A DNA stretch of 63,029 nucleotides, counting the filler, from Nemertoderma westbladi (taxonomy: Eukaryota; Animalia; Xenacoelomorpha): the NCBI GenBank assembly GCA_032718475.1. It is 3 parts of 3 records of this genome, joined end to end, with 100 filler letters (N's around TTAATTAATTAA, not from the genome) between each part and the next. Parts side by side here need not be neighbours in the genome. Positions count along the whole stretch, not along the records: positions 1 to 30,356 come from JAUCBJ010003697.1; 2 more parts are not named here. One strand, given 5' to 3'. The notes beneath the pieces were generated by a model, which was not told the origin of the DNA, made no database searches, and saw only the letters and a list, made by a program, of their open reading frames with translations. Below, piece by piece: positions 1 to 14,500 of this stretch (position 1 is its first letter; each line of letters opens with the position of its first letter). Both the position numbers and the translations under genes were made by a program.

Positions 1-159
1 TACCCCCCCCCCCCTCTAAAATCTACATGTTTTTACGAAAACGTCTGCTTTTTGTTTGTAAGTAGATTTCACTAGTCTTATTTTGCAGCACCAAAATTTC
101 AAGTTGTGAACAATTTTCAAAAAATTGGAAAGTCCCACTTCTCAGCTCATCTTTTTTCG

Positions 160-690
160 ATACAGGTTTTCCGGGGCGCTGATTCCATTGGAAAATATTT
201 TAAAATGATCTGATTATAATGAATTGGAGTTTTAGTCCAAGCAAAAAATGAAAAAAACAAGTAACCTGTAACCAGTAACCATTTGAACACAAAAATTGTA
301 ATTGACTTGTACGATACTATGAATTCACATTTTCCGGTTTTCTGGGGTGCTGCTTCTAATGGAATACAATTTCAAATTTTCCAGATCATTGCTACTCGTA
401 TTTTTCAGCTTACTATTTCAAATTTTGGTGCTAGCACCAAATTTTTGTACCCATCACCAAAAAGTACAAGTTTGAGATGTCCATCGGATTCAAGACCCTC
501 AGAAACCCGTATAATGCAAGAACCAAGATGATACTATCTGTTATCAACTTGCTTATTGTCAAAAATTTGGTGCTAGCACAAAGATTTTCACACACAGCCG
601 AAAAATACAAGTTTGAGAACTCGTATGTAATATTTACTTATTCCATTGAATTCAGAACCCCCACAAACCCGGATAACGAAAGAAATAAGG
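160..690. repeat. Degenerate ~170-bp-spaced repeat motif (GGTTTTYYGGGGYGCTG), probably subterminal repeats of a non-autonomous DNA transposon
   Basis: Motif at ~163 and ~335 forward, and inverted at ~486-512 and ~648-675. A similar motif set occurs at 62375-62880. Confidence 0.35.
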
Positions 691-957
691 TGACACAATC
701 AGTTCATATATTTGATGGTTTTCAAAATATGGTGCTGGTTGATCAAATTTTGCACTCAGAACCGAAAAATACAATTTTGATATGCCTGTTGCAACTCGTA
801 TATATTCCATAGAAACCAGAACCCAACAAAACACTTGAAAATATGAAGTTTAAGATATTTCAGCTATTTAGTATTTACGATCGCCGTCATTAACTTCAGA
901 TTCCCGCCAAATCATATCCACATACTGAAAGGTTTGAGAAAGTTGTATTCAGAATTG

Positions 958-1105
958 AAATCCCGATCCCGAAAATCGGGATCCCCAGAGTGGCAATCCG
1001 GGATCCGGGAGTTGCAACCGGATCCGGGAGGGGCAATCCGGTATCCCGGGAGTGGCAACCTGGATCCCGGGAGTGGCAATCCGGGATCCCATGAGCAAGT
1101 GGATC
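958..1105. repeat. GC-rich ~21-22-bp minisatellite, about 6 units (GGAGTGGCAATCCGGGATCCC), with palindromic GGGATCCC cores
   Basis: Directly visible tandem units; GC-rich island in AT-rich flanks. Confidence 0.8.
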
Positions 1106-1194
1106 CATATTTTTACGGTGTATATATAAATATATGAAAAAATATATTTTCAATCAAAAAATATTAAACATCAACATCACATACGATATAATTT

Positions 1195-1862
1195 CTCAAA
1201 ATGAATCCTGATAAAACAGAAGTAATTTTCTTTCGGTCTCGTTTCAGTACCTTTAGTTGTTCCAGATGCAATAACTGTAAATGATAAATCAGTTGAAGTC
1301 TCCGAAGTAGTTAAGGTCATTGGTGTGTTGTTAGACTCTAAGTTATCGTTTGAGGAGCAAATTTCCAGTGTTGTAAGAAGTTATATTTTCATTTAAAAAA
1401 TTTATCAAAAATCAGGCGCATTGTTCCCGACAAACAGTTTGAGTTTCTAATCCATTCATTCATTTCAAGCAAAATTAACTACAATAATGCATTATATTTC
1501 GGGCTTCCAAGTACATTACTCAAGAAACTTCAGTATGTCCAAAATTCGGCTGCACGATTGCTCTGTGATGCAAAGAAACGCGGCCACATCACGCCAATTC
1601 TCCAAGAACTTCATTGGATTCCTGTCTCCTACGGAATATAATTTAAGATTGCTATTTTAACTTACAAATGTCTACACCACGCAGCTCCGATATATCTATC
1701 TGAATTAATAATAATATCGCCTTATGTACCGTACCGACTTGGGAACTTCGCTAATACTCCAGTCTCCCTAGAGTGCCTAATACAAATACAAGCGGTATGG
1801 TAAACGGGTTTTTCCTTTGCCGCCCCGACAATCTGGAATGGTTTGCTTTCTGAATTAAGAGA
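1195..1862 (+). mobile_element. L2/CR1-group LINE remnant (RT C-terminal region, frameshifted)
   Basis: Translation fragments MNPDKTEV, GVLLDSKLSFEEQI, FHLKNLSKIRR, KLQYVQNSAARL, HITPILQELHWIP, KIAILTYKCLH, FAAPTIWN. Homologous to 57260-58050. Confidence 0.85.
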
Positions 1863-1899
1863 GTAGTCTGGCCTGCAGTGGAAGCTAATACAAGCAAAA

Positions 1900-2251
1900 T
1901 TCGAATGCCAATAACTCAGCTATTTCCCAACCAAATTCAATTATTTTTACATATTTGGAATCCTTGCACGGTCAGCTTTCCATTAGTACCAACAAATCAC
2001 TAAATGTTTAAAGAATAACTGCGGTCGTGTAAATGGTGCAATATCGACGGAGACACCTTTTTCAAACGCTTGTAGCTAAAGAATGAAAGCGAAAATAAAA
2101 ATTCTGGCTCACCCAGCAAGGAGGAGGGAGGTGAAACTATCTCTGTTTCAAATTTCATGCAATCTCATTACGATTAGTAAAATAATTTGGGGGGGGGGGG
2201 GGGGGGGGGCAGGTACCTGAATAACGACACTATTTTCCAGGACATGGTGTA
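1900..2251. mobile_element. Dispersed non-autonomous DNA-transposon fragment (Tc1/mariner-like end ...CCAGGACATGGTG|TA)
   Basis: Near-identical ~195 bp at 2054-2251, 11679-11871 and 55739-55930, all ending at the same GGTG-TA boundary. The family assignment is inferred from the TA flank. Confidence 0.6.
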
Positions 2252-2938
2252 TACGGATAATAATTGATAATATGAACTGTTTTGTAAATGGAAATAATTT
2301 TAAATGAGCTGATATTAAATACAAATTTTGTTTATGAATTATCTTTGAGAAACTTGACTGTCAAAAAATATTGCAGACAAAGAATTAAACATTTGTTAAA
2401 CAAAATTTCGCACAAAATCTTGACGCAAAGAAAATTCCTCCCCCAGGCTACCTTGGAAAATCGACACAAATAACAACCTATTACTCGCAAAAATTAGATT
2501 GTAACCTGTTTGTTCTATTGACTTTAGTAAATTATTTTAGTTAGAATAACTATCAGGATTCCCTGGGTCAATCCCTGGATGGGTTACCACTGTTTGGGCA
2601 CGTTGTTTTCGTGCTGCAGCCTAGCCACACCCAGGCATTCATCCTTGACTTGTCGATACATGGGAACCAACGCAACCAAGGCATCTTGGGAAACAGAGTG
2701 GAAGAAGGGTTTACTGTGGAAGATCATCCATGGTGATGAGCAGGCATTCCTTTAGGAAATAGGGTGGAAGGGTTTACTGTGGAAGATCACCCATGGTGGT
2801 GAACAGACAACCCTTTAGGAAACAGAGTGGAAGGGTTTACTGTGGAAGATTACCCATGGTGGTGAACAGACATTCCATTAGGAAACAGAGTGGAAGGGTT
2901 TACTGTGGAAAATCACCCATGGTGGTGAGCAGGCATTC
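1934..2938 (+). repeat. Copy 1 of segmental module (spacer plus short 63-mer array)
   Basis: 1934-2680 is near-identical to 11564-12300. Both modules end in the same CAGGCATTC-A(9)-TTT-GTTGTATG junction. Confidence 0.95.
2680..2938 (+). repeat. 63-bp satellite, about 4 units
   Basis: Unit GGAAACAGAGTGGAAGGGTTTACTGTGGAAGATCACCCATGGTGGTGAACAGGCATTCCTTTA. Confidence 0.95.
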
Positions 2939-2950
2939 AAAAAAAAATTT

Positions 2951-5900
2951 GTTGTATGTAATGTTGTATGAATGTGTTTGCAATGTTGTATGAATGTGTT
3001 TGTAATGTTGTATGAATGTGTTTGTAATGTTGTATGAATGTGTTTGCAATGTTGTATGAATGTGTTTGTAATGTTGTATGAATGTGTTTGCAATGTTGTA
3101 TGAATGTGTTTGTAATGTTGTATGAATGTGTTTGTAATGTTGTATGAATGTGTTTGTAATGTTGTATGAATGTGTTTGCAATGTTGTATGAATGTGTTTG
3201 TAATGTTGTATGAATGTGTTTGTAATGTTGTATGAATGTGTTTGTAATGTTCTATGAATGTGTTTGTAATGTTGTATGAATGTGTTTGCAATGTTGTATG
3301 AATGTGTTTGTAATGTTGTATGAATGTGTTTGTAATGTTGTATGAATGTGTTTGTAATGTTGTATGAATGTGTTTGTAATGTTGTATGAATGTGTTTGTA
3401 ATGTTGTATGAATGTGTTTGTAATGTTGTATGAATGTGTTTGTAATGTTGTATGAATGTGTTTGCAATGTTGTATGAATGTATTGTAATGTTGTATGAAT
3501 GTGTTTGTAATTTTGTATGAATGTGTTTGTAATGTTGTATGAATGTGTTTGCAATGTTGTATGAATGTATTGTAATGTTGTATGAATGTGTTTGTAATGT
3601 TGTATGAATGTGTTTGTAATGTTGTATGAATGTGTTTGTAATGTTGTATGAATGTGTTTGTAATGTTGTATGCATGTATTGTAATGTTGTATGAATGTGT
3701 TTGCAATGTTGTATGAATGTATTTTAATGTTGTATGAATGTGTTTGTAATGTTGTATGAATGTGTTTGTAATGTTGTATGAATGTATTGTAATGTTGTAT
3801 GAATGTGTTTGTAATGTTGTATGAATGTATTGTAATGTTGTATGAATGTGTTTGCAATGTTGTATGAATGTATTGTAATGTTGTATGAATGTGTTTGTAA
3901 TGTTGTATGAATGTGTTTGTAATGTTGTATGAATGTGTTTGCAATGTTGTATGAATGTATTGTAATGTTGTATGAATGTGTTTGTAATGTTGTATGAATG
4001 TGTTTGTAATGTTGTATGAATGTGTTTGTAATGTTGTATGAATGTGTTTGCAATGTTGTATGAATGTGTTTGTAATGTTGTATGAATGTGTTTGCAATGT
4101 TGTATGAATGTGTTTGTAATGTTGTATGAATGTGTTTGTAATGTTGTATGAATGTGTTTGTAATGTTGTATGAATGTGTTTGCAATGTTGTATGAATGTG
4201 TTTGTAATGTTGTATGAATGTGTTTGTAATGTTGTATGAATGTGTTTGCAATGTTGTATGAATGTGTTTGTAATGTTGTATGAATGTGTTTGCAATGTTG
4301 TATGAATGTGTTTGTAATGTTGTATGAATGTGTTTGTAATGTTGTATGAATGTGTTTGTAATGTTGTATGAATGTGTTTGCAATGTTGTATGAATGTGTT
4401 TGTAATGTTGTATGAATGTGTTTGTAATGTTGTATGAATGTGTTTGTAATGTTGTATGAATGTGTTTGTAATGTTGTATGAATGTGTTTGCAATGTTGTA
4501 TGAATGTGTTTGTAATGTTGTATGAATGTGTTTGTAATGTTGTATGAATGTGTTTGTAATGTTGTATGAATGTGTTTGTAATGTTGTATGAATGTGTTTG
4601 TAATGTTGTATGAATGTGTTTGTAATGTTGTATGAATGTGTTTGTAATGTTGTATGAATGTGTTTGCAATGTTGTATGAATGTGTTTGTAATGTTGTATG
4701 AATGTGTTTGTAATGTTGTATGAATGTGTTTGCAATGTTGTATGAATGTGTTTGTAATGTTGTATGAATGTGTTTGTAATGTTGTATGAATGTGTTTGTA
4801 ATGTTGTATGAATGTGTTTGTAATGTTGTATGAATGTGTTTGTAATGTTGTATGAATGTGTTTGTAATGTTGTATGAATGTGTTTGCAATGTTGTATGAA
4901 TGTGTTTGTAATGTTGTATGAATGTGTTTGTAATGTTGTATGAATGTGTTTGCAATGTTGTATGAATGTGTTTGTAATGTTGTATGAATGTGTTTGTAAT
5001 GTTGTATGAATGTGTTTGTAATGTTGTATGAATGTGTTTGTAATGTTGTATGAATGTGTTTGTAATGTTGTATGAATGTGTTTGTAATGTTGTATGAATG
5101 TGTTTGTAATGTTGTATGAATGTGTTTGCAATGTTGTATGAATGTGTTTGTAATGTTGTATGAATGTGTTTGTAATGTTGTATGAATGTGTTTGTAATGT
5201 TGTATGAATGTGTTTGCAATGTTGTATGAATGTGTTTGTAATGTTGTATGAATGTGTTTGCAATGTTGTATGAATGTGTTTGTAATGTTGTATGAATGTG
5301 TTTGTAATGTTGTATGAATGTGTTTGTAATGTTGTATGAATGTGTTTGTAATGTTGTATGAATGTGTTTGTAATGTTGTATGAATGTGTTTGTAATGTTG
5401 TATGAATGTGTTTGTAATGTTGTATGAATGTGTTTGTAATGTTGTATGAATGTGTTTGTAATGTTGTATGAATGTGTTTGTAATGTTGTATGAATGTGTT
5501 TGTAATGTTGTATGAATGTGTTTGTAATGTTGTATGAATGTGTTTGTAATGTTGTATGAATGTGTTTGTAATGTTGTATGAATGTGTTTGTAATGTTGTA
5601 TGAATGTGTTTGTAATGTTGTATGAATGTGTTTGTAATGTTGTATGAATGTGTTTGTAATGTTGTATGAATGTGTTTGTAATGTTGTATGAATGTGTTTG
5701 TAATGTTGTATGAATGTGTTTGTAATGTTGTATGAATGTGTTTGTAATGTTGTATGAATGTGTTTGTAATGTTGTATGAATGTGTTTGTAATGTTGTATG
5801 AATGTGTTTGTAATGTTGTATGAATGTGTTTGTAATGTTGTATGAATGTGTTTGTAATGTTGTATGAATGTGTTTGTAATGTTGTATGAATGTGTTTGTA

Positions 5901-8900
5901 ATGTTGTATGAATGTGTTTGCAATGTTGTATGAATGTGTTTGTAATGTTGTATGAATGTGTTTGTAATGTTGTATGAATGTGTTTGTAATGTTGTATGAA
6001 TGTGTTTGTAATGTTGTATGAATGTGTTTGTAATGTTGTATGAATGTGTTTGTAATGTTGTATGAATGTGTTTGTAATGTTGTATGAATGTGTTTGTAAT
6101 GTTGTATGAATGTGTTTGTAATGTTGTATGAATGTGTTTGCAATGTTGTATGAATGTGTTTGTAATGTTGTATGAATGTGTTTGTAATGTTGTATGAATG
6201 TGTTTGTAATGTTGTATGAATGTGTTTGTAATGTTGTATGAATGTGTTTGCAATGTTGTATGAATGTTTTGTAATGTTGTATGAATGTGTTTGTAATGTT
6301 GTATGAATGTGTTTGTAATGTTGTATGAATGTGTTTGCAATGTTGTATGAATGTGATTGTAATGTTGTATGAATGTGTTTGTAATGTTGTATGAATGTGT
6401 TTGTAATGTTGTATGAATGTGTTTGTAATGTTGTATGAATGTGTTTGTAATGTTGTATGAATGTGATTGTAATGTTGTATGAATGTGTTTGCAATGTTGT
6501 ATGAATGTGTTTGTAATGTTGTATGAATGTGTTTGTAATGTTGTATGAATGTGTTTGTAATGTTGTATGAATGTGTTTGTAATGTTGTATGAATGTGTTT
6601 GTAATGTTGTATGAATGTGTTTGTAATGTTGTATGAATGTGTTTGCAATGTTGTATGAATGTTTTGTAATGTTGTATGAATGTGTTTGTAATGTTGTATG
6701 AATGTGTTTGTAATGTTGTATGAATGTGTTTGTAATGTTGTATGAATGTGTTTGTAATGTTGTATGAATGTGTTTGTAATGTTGTATGAATGTGTTTGTA
6801 ATGTTGTATGAATGTGTTTGTAATGTTGTATGAATGTGTTTGCAATGTTGTATGAATGTGTTTGTAATGTTGTATGAATGTGTTTGTAATGTTGTATGAA
6901 TGTGTTTGTAATGTTGTATGAATGTGTTTGTAATGTTGTATGAATGTGTTTGTAATGTTGTATGAATGTGTTTGTAATGTTGTATGAATGTGTTTGTAAT
7001 GTTGTATGAATGTGTTTGTAATGTTGTATGAATGTGTTTGTAATGTTGTATGAATGTGTTTGCAATGTTGTATGAATGTGATTGTAATGTTGTATGAATG
7101 TGTTTGTAATGTTGTATGAATGTGTTTGTAATGTTGTATGAATGTGTTTGTAATGTTGTATGAATGTGTTTGCAATGTTGTATGAATGTGTTTGTAATGT
7201 TGTATGAATGTGTTTGCAATGTTGTATGAATGTGTTTGTAATGTTGTATGAATGTGTTTGTAATGTTGTATGAATGTGTTTGTAATGTTGTATGAATGTG
7301 TTTGCAATGTTGTATGAATGTGTTTGTAATGTTGTATGAATGTGTTTGTAATGTTGTATGAATGTGTTTGTAATGTTGTATGAATGTGTTTGTAATGTTG
7401 TATGAATGTGTTTGCAATGTTGTATGAATGTGTTTGTAATGTTGTATGAATGTGTTTGTAATGTTGTATGAATGTGTTTGTAATGTTGTATGAATGTGTT
7501 TGTAATGTTGTATGAATGTGTTTGTAATGTTGTATGAATGTGTTTGTAATGTTGTATGAATGTGTTTGTAATGTTGTATGAATGTGTTTGCAATGTTGTA
7601 TGAATGTATTGTAATGTTGTATGAATGTGTTTGTAATGTTGTATGAATGTGTTTGTAATGTTGTATGAATGTGTTTGCAATGTTGTATGAATGTATTGTA
7701 ATGTTGTATGAATGTGTTTGTAATGTTGTATGAATGTGTTTGTAATGTTGTATGAATGTGTTTGTAATGTTGTATGAATGTGTTTGTAATGTTGTATGAA
7801 TGTATTGTAATGTTGTATGAATGTGTTTGCAATGTTGTATGAATGTATTTTAATGTTGTATGAATGTGTTTGTAATGTTGTATGAATGTGTTTGTAATGT
7901 TGTATGAATGTGTTTGTAATGTTGTATGAATGTGTTTGTAATGTTGTATGAATGTATTGTAATGTTGTATGAATGTGTTTGCAATGTTGTATGAATGTAT
8001 TGTAATGTTGTATGAATGTGTTTGTAATGTTGTATGAATGTGTTTGTAATGTTGTATGAATGTGTTTGCAATGTTGTATGAATGTATTGTAATGTTGTAT
8101 GAATGTGTTTGTAATGTTGTATGAATGTGTTTGTAATGTTGTATGAATGTGTTTGTAATGTTGTATGAATGTGTTTGCAATGTTGTATGAATGTGTTTGT
8201 AATGTTGTATGAATGTGTTTGCAATGTTGTATGAATGTGTTTGTAATGTTGTATGAATGTGTTTGTAATGTTGTATGAATGTGTTTGTAATGTTGTATGA
8301 ATGTGTTTGCAATGTTGTATGAATGTGTTTGTAATGTTGTATGAATGTGTTTGTAATGTTGTATGAATGTGTTTGCAATGTTGTATGAATGTGTTTGTAA
8401 TGTTGTATGAATGTGTTTGCAATGTTGTATGAATGTGTTTGTAATGTTGTATGAATGTGTTTGTAATGTTGTATGAATGTGTTTGTAATGTTGTATGAAT
8501 GTGTTTGCAATGTTGTATGAATGTGTTTGTAATGTTGTATGAATGTGTTTGTAATGTTGTATGAATGTGTTTGTAATGTTGTATGAATGTGTTTGTAATG
8601 TTGTATGAATGTGTTTGCAATGTTGTATGAATGTGTTTGTAATGTTGTATGAATGTGTTTGTAATGTTGTATGAATGTGTTTGTAATGTTGTATGAATGT
8701 GTTTGTAATGTTGTATGAATGTGTTTGTAATGTTGTATGAATGTGTTTGTAATGTTGTATGAATGTGTTTGTAATGTTGTATGAATGTGTTTGCAATGTT
8801 GTATGAATGTGTTTGTAATGTTGTATGAATGTGTTTGTAATGTTGTATGAATGTGTTTGCAATGTTGTATGAATGTGTTTGTAATGTTGTATGAATGTGT

Positions 8901-11566
8901 TTGCAATGTTGTATGAATGTGTTTGTAATGTTGTATGAATGTGTTTGTAATGTTGTATGAATGTGTTTGTAATGTTGTATGAATGTGTTTGCAATGTTGT
9001 ATGAATGTGTTTGCAATGTTGTATGAATGTGTTTGTAATGTTGTATGAATGTGTTTGTAATGTTGTATGAATGTGTTTGCAATGTTGTATGAATGTGTTT
9101 GTAATGTTGTATGAATGTGTTTGTAATGTTGTATGAATGTGTTTGTAATGTTGTATGAATGTGTTTGTAATGTTGTATGAATGTGTTTGTAATGTTGTAT
9201 GAATGTGTTTGTAATGTTGTATGAATGTGTTTGTAATGTTGTATGAATGTGTTTGTAATGTTGTATGAATGTGTTTGTAATGTTGTATGAATGTGTTTGT
9301 AATGTTGTATGAATGTGTTTGCAATGTTGTATGAATGTGTTTGTAATGTTGTATGAATGTATTTGTAATGTTGTATGAATGTGTTTGTAATGTTGTATGA
9401 ATGTGTTTGTAATGTTGTATGAATGTGTTTGTAATGTTGTATGAATGTGTTTGTAATGTTGTATGAATGTGTTTGTAATGTTGTATGAATGTGTTTGCAA
9501 TGTTGTATGAATGTGTTTGTAATGTTGTATGAATGTGTTTGTAATGTTGTATGAATGTGTTTGCAATGTTGTATGAATGTGTTTGTAATGTTGTATGAAT
9601 GTGTTTGTAATGTTGTATGAATGTGTTTGTAATGTTGTATGAATGTGTTTGCAATGTTGTATGAATGTGTTTGTAATGTTGTATGAATGTGTTTGTAATG
9701 TTGTATGAATGTGTTTGTAATGTTGTATGAATGTGTTTGCAATGTTGTATAAATGTGTTTGCAATGTTGTATGAATGTGTTTGTAATGTTGTATGAATGT
9801 GTTTGTAATGTTGTATGAATGTGTTTGTAATGTTGTATGAATGTGTTTGCAATGTTGTATGAATGTATTGTAATGTTGTATGAATGTGTTTGTAATTTTG
9901 TATGAATGTGTTTGTAATGTTGTATGAATGTGTTTGCAATGTTGTATGAATGTATTGTAATGTTGTATGAATGTGTTTGTAATGTTGTATGAATGTGTTT
10001 GTAATGTTGTATGAATGTGTTTGTAATGTTGTATGAATGTGTTTGTAATGTTGTATGAATGTATTGTAATGTTGTATGAATGTGTTTGCAATGTTGTATG
10101 AATGTATTTTAATGTTGTATGAATGTGTTTGTAATGTTGTATGAATGTGTTTGTAATGTTGTATGAATGTGTTTGTAATGTTGTATGAATGTGTTTGTAA
10201 TGTTGTATGAATGTATTGTAATGTTGTATGAATGTGTTTGCAATGTTGTATGAATGTATTGTAATGTTGTATGAATGTGTTTGCAATGTTGTATGAATGT
10301 ATTGTAATGTTGTATGAATGTGTTTGTAATGTTGTATGAATGTGTTTGTAATGTTGTATGAATGTGTTTGTAATGTTGTATGAATGTGTTTGTAATGTTG
10401 TATGAATGTATTGTAATGTTGTATGAATGTGTTTGTAATGTTGTATGAATGTGTTTGTAATGTTGTATGAATGTGTTTGTAATGTTGTATGAATGTGTTT
10501 GTAATGTTGTATGAATGTGTTTGTAATGTTGTATGAATGTGTTTGTAATGTTGTATGAATGTATTGTAATGTTGTATGAATGTGTTTGTAATGTTGTATG
10601 AATGTGTTTGTAATGTTGTATGAATGTGTTTGTAATGTTGTATGAATGTGTTTGTAATGTTGTATGAATGTGTTTGTAATGTTGTATGAATGTGTTTGTA
10701 ATGTTGTATGAATGTGTTTGTAATGTTGTATGAATGTGTTTGTAATGTTGTATGAATGTATTGTAATGTTGTATGAATGTGTTTGTAATGTTGTATGAAT
10801 GTGTTTGTAATGTTGTATGAATGTGTTTGTAATGTTGTATGAATGTGTTTGCAATGTTGTATGAATGTATTGTAATGTTGTATGAATGTGTTTGTAATGT
10901 TGTATGAATGTGTTTGTAATGTTGTATGAATGTGTTTGTAATGTTGTATGAATGTGTTTGCAATGTTGTATGAATGTGTTTGTAATGTTGTATGAATGTG
11001 TTTGCAATGTTGTATGAATGTGTTTGTAATGTTGTATGAATGTGTTTGTAATGTTGTATGAATGTGTTTGTAATGTTGTATGAATGTGTTTGCAATGTTG
11101 TATGAATGTGTTTGTAATGTTGTATGAATGTGTTTGTAATGTTCTATGAATGTGTTTGTAATGTTGTATGAATGTGTTTGTAATGTTGTATGAATGTGTT
11201 TGCAATGTTGTATGAATGTGTTTGTAATGTTGTATGAATGTGTTTGTAATGTTGTATGAATGTGTTTGTAATGTTGTATGAATGTGTTTGTAATGTTGTA
11301 TGAATGTGTTTGTAATGTTGTATGAATGTGTTTGTAATGTTGTACGAATGTGTTTGTAATGTTGTATGAATGTATTGTAATGTTGTATGAATGTGTTTGT
11401 AATGTTGTATGAATGTGTTTGTAATGTTGTATGAATGTGTTTGCAATGTTGTATGAATGTATTGTAATGTTGTATGAATGTGTTTGCAATGTTGTATGAA
11501 TGTATTGTAATGTTGTATGAATGTGTTTGTAATGTTGTATGAATGTGTTTGTAATGTTGTATGAAT
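2951..11566 (+). repeat. 22-bp TG-rich satellite array 1, (TAATGTTGTATGAATGTGTTTG)n, ~8.6 kb
   Basis: Direct reading. Recurrent variants: T>C (GCAATG), 21-bp GTATTG form, GTTCTA, GTGATT. Confidence 0.99.
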
Positions 11567-14500
11567 TCAATTATTTTTACATATTTGGAATCCTTGCACG
11601 GTCAGCTTTCCATTTGTACCAACAAATCACTAAATGTTTAAAGAATAACTGCGGTGTAAATGGTGCAATATCGACGGAGACACATTTTTCAAACGCTTGT
11701 AGCTAAAGAATGAAAGCGAAAATAAAAATTCTGGCTCACCCAGCAAGGAGGAGGGAGGTGAAACTATCTCTGTTTCAAATTTAATGCAATCTCATTACGA
11801 TTAGTAAAAAAATTTGGGGGGGGGGGGGGCAGGTACCTGAATAACGACACTATTTTCCAGGACATGGTGTATACGGATAATAATTGATAATATGAACTGT
11901 TTTGTAAATGGAAATAATTTTAAATGAGCTGATATTAAATACAAATTTTGTTTATGAATTATCTTTGAGAAACTTGACTGTCAAAAAATATTGCAGACAA
12001 AGAATTAAACATTTGTTAAACAAAATTTCGCACAAAATCTTGACGCAAAGAAAATTCCTCCCCCAGGCTACCTTGGAAAATCGACACAAATAACAACCTA
12101 TTACTCGCAAAAATTAGATTGTAACCTGTTTGTTCTATTGACTTTAGTAAATTATTTTAGTTAGAATAACTATCAGGATTCCCTGGGTCAATCCCTGGAT
12201 GGGTTACCACTGTTTGGGCACGTTGTTTTCGTGCTGCAGCCTAGCCACACCCAGGCATTCATCCTTGACTTGTCGATACATGGGAACCAACGCAACCAAG
12301 GCATCTTGGGAAACAGAGTGGAAGAAGGGTTTACTGTGGAAGATCATCCATGGTGATGAGCAGGCATTCCTTTAGGAAATAGGGTGGAAGGGTTTACTGT
12401 GGAAGATCACCCATGGTGGTGAACAGACAACCCTTTAGGAAACAGAGTGGAAGGGTTTACTGTGGAAGATTACCCATGGTGGTGAACAGACATTCCATTA
12501 GGAAACAGAGTGGAAGGGTTTACTGTGGAAAATCACCCATGGTGGTGAGCATGCATTCCTTTTGGAAACAGGGTGGAATGGTTTACTGTGGAAGATCACC
12601 CATGGTGGTGAACAGGCATTCCTTTAGGAAACAGATTGGAAGTGTTTGTGAAAGATCGCCCATATGGTGGTGAACAGGTATTCCTTTGGGAAACAGAGTG
12701 GAAGGGTTTACTGTGGAAGATCACCCATGGTGGTGAACAGGCATTCCTTTAGGAAACAGATTGGAAGGGTTTACTGTGGAAGATCACCCATGGTGGTGAA
12801 CAGGCATTCCTTTAGGAAACAGAGTGGAAGTGTTTACTGTGGAAGATCACCCATGGTGGTGAACAGGTATTATTTTGGGAAACAGAGTGGAAGGGTTTAC
12901 TGTGGAAGATCACCTATGGTGGTGAACAGGCGTTCCTTTAGGAAAATGAGTGGAAGGGTTTAATTTGGAAGATCACCCATGGTGGTGAACAGGCGTTCTT
13001 TTTTAGGAAACAGAGTGGAAGGGTTTTAATGTGGAAGATCACCCATGGTGGTGAACAGGTATTATTTTGGGAAACAGAGTGGAAGGGTTTACTGTGGAAG
13101 ATCACCTATGGTGGTGAACAGGCGTTCCTTTAGGAAAATGAGTGGAAGGTTTTAATTTGGAAGATCACCCATGGTGGTGAACAGGCATTCCTTTAGGAAA
13201 CAGAGTGGAAGGGTTTACTGTGGAAAATCACCGGTGGTGGTGAACAGGCATTCCTTTAGGAAACGTATTGGGAGGGCTTAATGAGGAAGATCACCCATGG
13301 TGGTGAACAGGAATTTCTTTAGGACACAGAGTGGAAGGGTTTACTGTGGACGATCACCCATGGTGGTGAACAGGCATTCCTTTAGGAAACAAAGTGGAAG
13401 GGTTTACTGTGGAAGATCACCCATGGTGGTGAACAGGCATCCTTTAGGAAACAGAGTGGAAGGGTTTACTGTGGGAAATCACCGGTGGTGGTGAACAGGC
13501 ATTCCTTTAGGAAACAGTGGAAGGGTTTACTGTGGAAGATCTCCCATGGTGGTGAACAGGCATTCCTTTAGGAAACGTATTGGGAGGGCTTAATGAGGAA
13601 GATCACCCATGGTGGTGAACAGGAATTTCTTTAGGAAACAGAGTGGAAGGGTTTACTGTGGAAGATCACCCATGGTGGTGAACAGGCATTCCTTTAGGAA
13701 ACAGAGTGGAAGGGTTTACTGTGGAAAATCACCCATGGTGGTGAGCATGCATTCCTTTTGGAAACAGGGTGGAATGGTTTACTGTGGAAGATCACCCATG
13801 GTGGTGAACAGGCATTCCTTTAGGAAACAGATTGGAAGTGTTTGTGAAAGATCGCCCATATGGTGGTGAACAGGTATTCCTTTGGGAAACAGAGTGGAAG
13901 GGTTTACTGTGGAAGATCACCCATGGTGGTGAACAGGCATTCCTTTAGGAAACAGATTGGAAGGGTTTACTGTGGAAGATCACCCATGGTGGTGAACAGG
14001 CATTCCTTTAGGAAACAGAGTGGAAGTGTTTACTGTGGAAGATCACCATGGTGGTGAACAGGTATTATTTTGGGAAACAGAGTGGAAGGGTTTACTGTGG
14101 AAGATCACCCATGGTGGTCAACAGGTATTCCTTTAGGAAACAGATTGGAAGGGTTTACTGTGGAAGATCACCCATGGTGGTGAACAGGCATTCCTTTAGG
14201 AAACAGAGTGGAAGTGTTTACTGTGGAAGATCACCCATGGTGGTGAACAGGTATTATTTTGGGAAACAGAGTGGAAGGGTTTACTGTGGAAGATCACCTA
14301 TGGTGGTGAACAGGCATTCCTTTAGGAAACAGAGTGGAAGTGTTTACTGTGGAAGATCACCCATGGTGGTGAACAGGTATTATTTTGGGAAACAGAGTGG
14401 AAGGGTTTACTGTGGAAGATCACCTATGGTGGTGAACAGGCGTTCCTTTAGGAAAATGAGTGGAAGGGTTTAATTTGGAAGATCACCCATGGTGGTGAAC

